From Selaginella moellendorffii (lineage: Eukaryota; Plantae; Lycopodiophyta): a stretch of DNA of 64,000 nucleotides. The stretch is taken from assembly GCF_000143415.4 (NCBI RefSeq), contig NW_003314266.1, forward strand, positions 2,068,463 to 2,132,462. Direction: 5' to 3'. Every line of letters begins with the position of its first letter. Within the stretch, counting starts at the first letter, position 1. The notes below the pieces were generated by a model that was given only the letters and a program-made list of their open reading frames with translations, was not told the DNA's origin and did not search any database. Of the stretch, positions 62,225 to 64,000 are shown in pieces. Both the position numbers and the translations under genes were made by a program.

Positions 62225-63445
62225 ATGGCGATTGGAGCTACTCTGGAACAATTAAAACCACGCGTGAGCGTCCGAGGAGAAGAACAAGAGGAGGAAGAAA
62301 GATTTATGGAGAGTACCATGGTGATCTGGGAGGAGCTCCCGCGGGATCTCGTGAGTAGCGTCGTTTCGTGGCTGCCAATCACCGACATTCTTCGATCGCG
62401 CACCATCTCCAAGCAGTTCCATGCGTGGATCAGCAGCATCAGCTTCCTGGACGAGATCGCTCGAGTTCCATCGCAAAGTTCTTGGCTGGTTCTCTTCCCC
62501 AGCTCCACACCATCCATCGCCAGTGCCTACGATCCATCGCTGGACTCCTGGCTCTCGCTTCCGGTCCCGCTGCAAATCCAGCCACTGGCTTCTTCCAGAG
62601 GATTGATCTGTGGAGCTCCAAAACCCGATCTTGGGAGCGGCAGTAGCAGGAGCAGCAAAGAACTCCATGTTTGCAATCTCGTGACGAGATCATGGGTGAG
62701 AGTTCCTCAGCCTCGGGAGATGTCGCGATTCTTCTTCCTCGTCGTCGGGATGGTTTCCACCGGTAGGAGCGGATTCACGATCGTCGTCGCCGGATCCGAC
62801 CTCGTCTCCCACCACGCCTCCGCCAACTTCAAGCTCTCCGCCTGGGTGTTTGAGTCGCGCAGCTGGAAGTGGACGAAAGGTGGCACTGTTTTGATCGACG
62901 CGGCCATCTCGACGAGCAAGGCGATGAGCGACAGCACGCTGTTCGTCGTGTCTGGAAACCGCGAGCTCGTAGCGTATGATCTTGGTCGAGGAAGCTGGCG
63001 GCGTGTGGATCTTCCAGCGAAGGAGCTCACGTCAGTGAAGCTGGTTGATCGTCTGGGAAGGCTGGTGCTCGTTGCTCGCACTAACCAGGACGAGATCGCC
63101 ATCTGGGAACTCCACCAAGAACAGCCCAGAAGCCGCAGCGATGGAGAGAAATCTCTTCCAAGCGATGATCCAAGCTTCTGGATAGAATTGGACAGAATGC
63201 CTCGGTGCTTGAGCGACGAGCTTCTTCTCAAATCACCGTCGCGAAGAATTGCGTGCGTTGGAAGCGGCGATATGGCTTACTTCTCCAGCACCAAGTGCGC
63301 ATCGATCCTCGCCTACACATTCTCGACCAGGAGCTGGCGATGGACGAGCTGCTGCTCCCGCGTGACCAAGAATCCCCATTACGACATGCTTCGGGGCATC
63401 TGCCTCGAGCCCCGGCTGGAAATCAGCCCATCCAAGAAATTGTGA
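62225..63445 (+). CDS. F-box protein with kelch-like/beta-propeller C-terminus, intronless (start may be 62306)
   Basis: IWEELPRDLVSSVVSWLPITDILRSRTISKQF; AYDPSLDSW, ASSRGLIC, VCNLVTRSW, AYDLGRGSW. Confidence 0.85.
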   Translation: MAIGATLEQLKPRVSVRGEEQEEEERFMESTMVIWEELPRDLVSSVVSWLPITDILRSRTISKQFHAWISSISFLDEIARVPSQSSWLVLFPSSTPSIASAYDPSLDSWLSLPVPLQIQPLASSRGLICGAPKPDLGSGSSRSSKELHVCNLVTRSWVRVPQPREMSRFFFLVVGMVSTGRSGFTIVVAGSDLVSHHASANFKLSAWVFESRSWKWTKGGTVLIDAAISTSKAMSDSTLFVVSGNRELVAYDLGRGSWRRVDLPAKELTSVKLVDRLGRLVLVARTNQDEIAIWELHQEQPRSRSDGEKSLPSDDPSFWIELDRMPRCLSDELLLKSPSRRIACVGSGDMAYFSSTKCASILAYTFSTRSWRWTSCCSRVTKNPHYDMLRGICLEPRLEISPSKKL

Positions 63446-63658
63446 GAAACCCTGTAAGATTGTTCTTCCACTCCAAAAACATACCATTGGATTGAGATCT
63501 CTTTCGCCTCGTTCGCTTGCGGTAAGAAGCTGGAATGGATGGGGGCTCGAGCGAGCGCCTTCCAATCTCTCCGCTTGCGCTAGACCTAGAAATATTGCAA
63601 GAAATGTGAGCTTTGAGTTAAACCTAGAAGGGGGTTTTTCTTTCTCTTTGATGGAGTG

Positions 63659-64000
63659 ATGGGAAAGAACAAGCGCGGCGCCCCCGCCAAGAGCAAGGGC
63701 AAGGGCAAGGGCAAGAGCAAGGCGCGGCAATCAATTACCAGCAATGCCAGCGACGACGGCGATGCGCTGCTCGACGAGGAGATCACCGCTTTGTAAGTTT
63801 CACGCGAATTGTAGCTCAGCCGACTGAATTCTCCTCGATCAGATCGGCGATATTTCAGAACGATTTCAGCGTTGTCGCGGATCATCCGATCAAGGAGATC
63901 ACGATAAATCTTCGGTAAGATTTATCTTCGTGAGAATTTCTTTTTATCGAGTAGTTATCTTCCAGACCACATTCTGAGAATGACAACGATTTTGCTGCTC
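63659..64000 (+). CDS. GCN2: 5' end of eIF2-alpha kinase GCN2 (RWD domain), continues beyond the window
   Basis: Spliced MGKNKRG..KGKGKGK..DALLDEEITAL|SAIFQND..EITINLR|PHS matches the basic N-terminus and LLxEEITALSAIFQ RWD start of plant GCN2. Confidence 0.75.

Noticed and set aside
63659-64000. Sas10/Utp3 as the identity of the last gene
   Set aside because: Splicing gives EEITALSAIFQND, which fits the GCN2 RWD domain better.

Overview
Gene-dense nuclear DNA of a land plant with a very compact genome. Introns are mostly 45-90 nt. A flagellar assembly gene (ODA7/DNAAF1), a DYW-PPR editing factor and a single-DUF26 receptor kinase point to a lycophyte such as Selaginella (inference, not verified). 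Host genes: STN7, an R2R3-MYB, a thaumatin-like protein, a PUB44/SAUL1-like U-box/ARM ligase, a degenerate single-DUF26 CRK, PSB27, a PLS-DYW PPR, proline iminopeptidase, tRNA-Phe(GAA), a BAM/CLV1-like LRR-RLK, ODA7/DNAAF1, DCN1, a plastid-type adenylate kinase, COG4, DUF1005, an F-box protein and the 5' end of GCN2. The stand-out feature is a ~9.55 kb rolling-circle transposon (~26737-36290) with Helitron2/Helentron-type ends: an 11-bp asymmetric inverted repeat, a 5' palindrome and a 3' hairpin. It encodes a Myb-like/Rep/PIF1-helicase/AP-endonuclease fusion and a separate intron-containing RPA70-like gene. Also present: a decayed Ty3/Gypsy element, an IS3/IS3EU-like transposase relic, deletion-shredded rearranged copies of neighbouring genes, and a tRNA wedged 46 nt upstream of a start codon.
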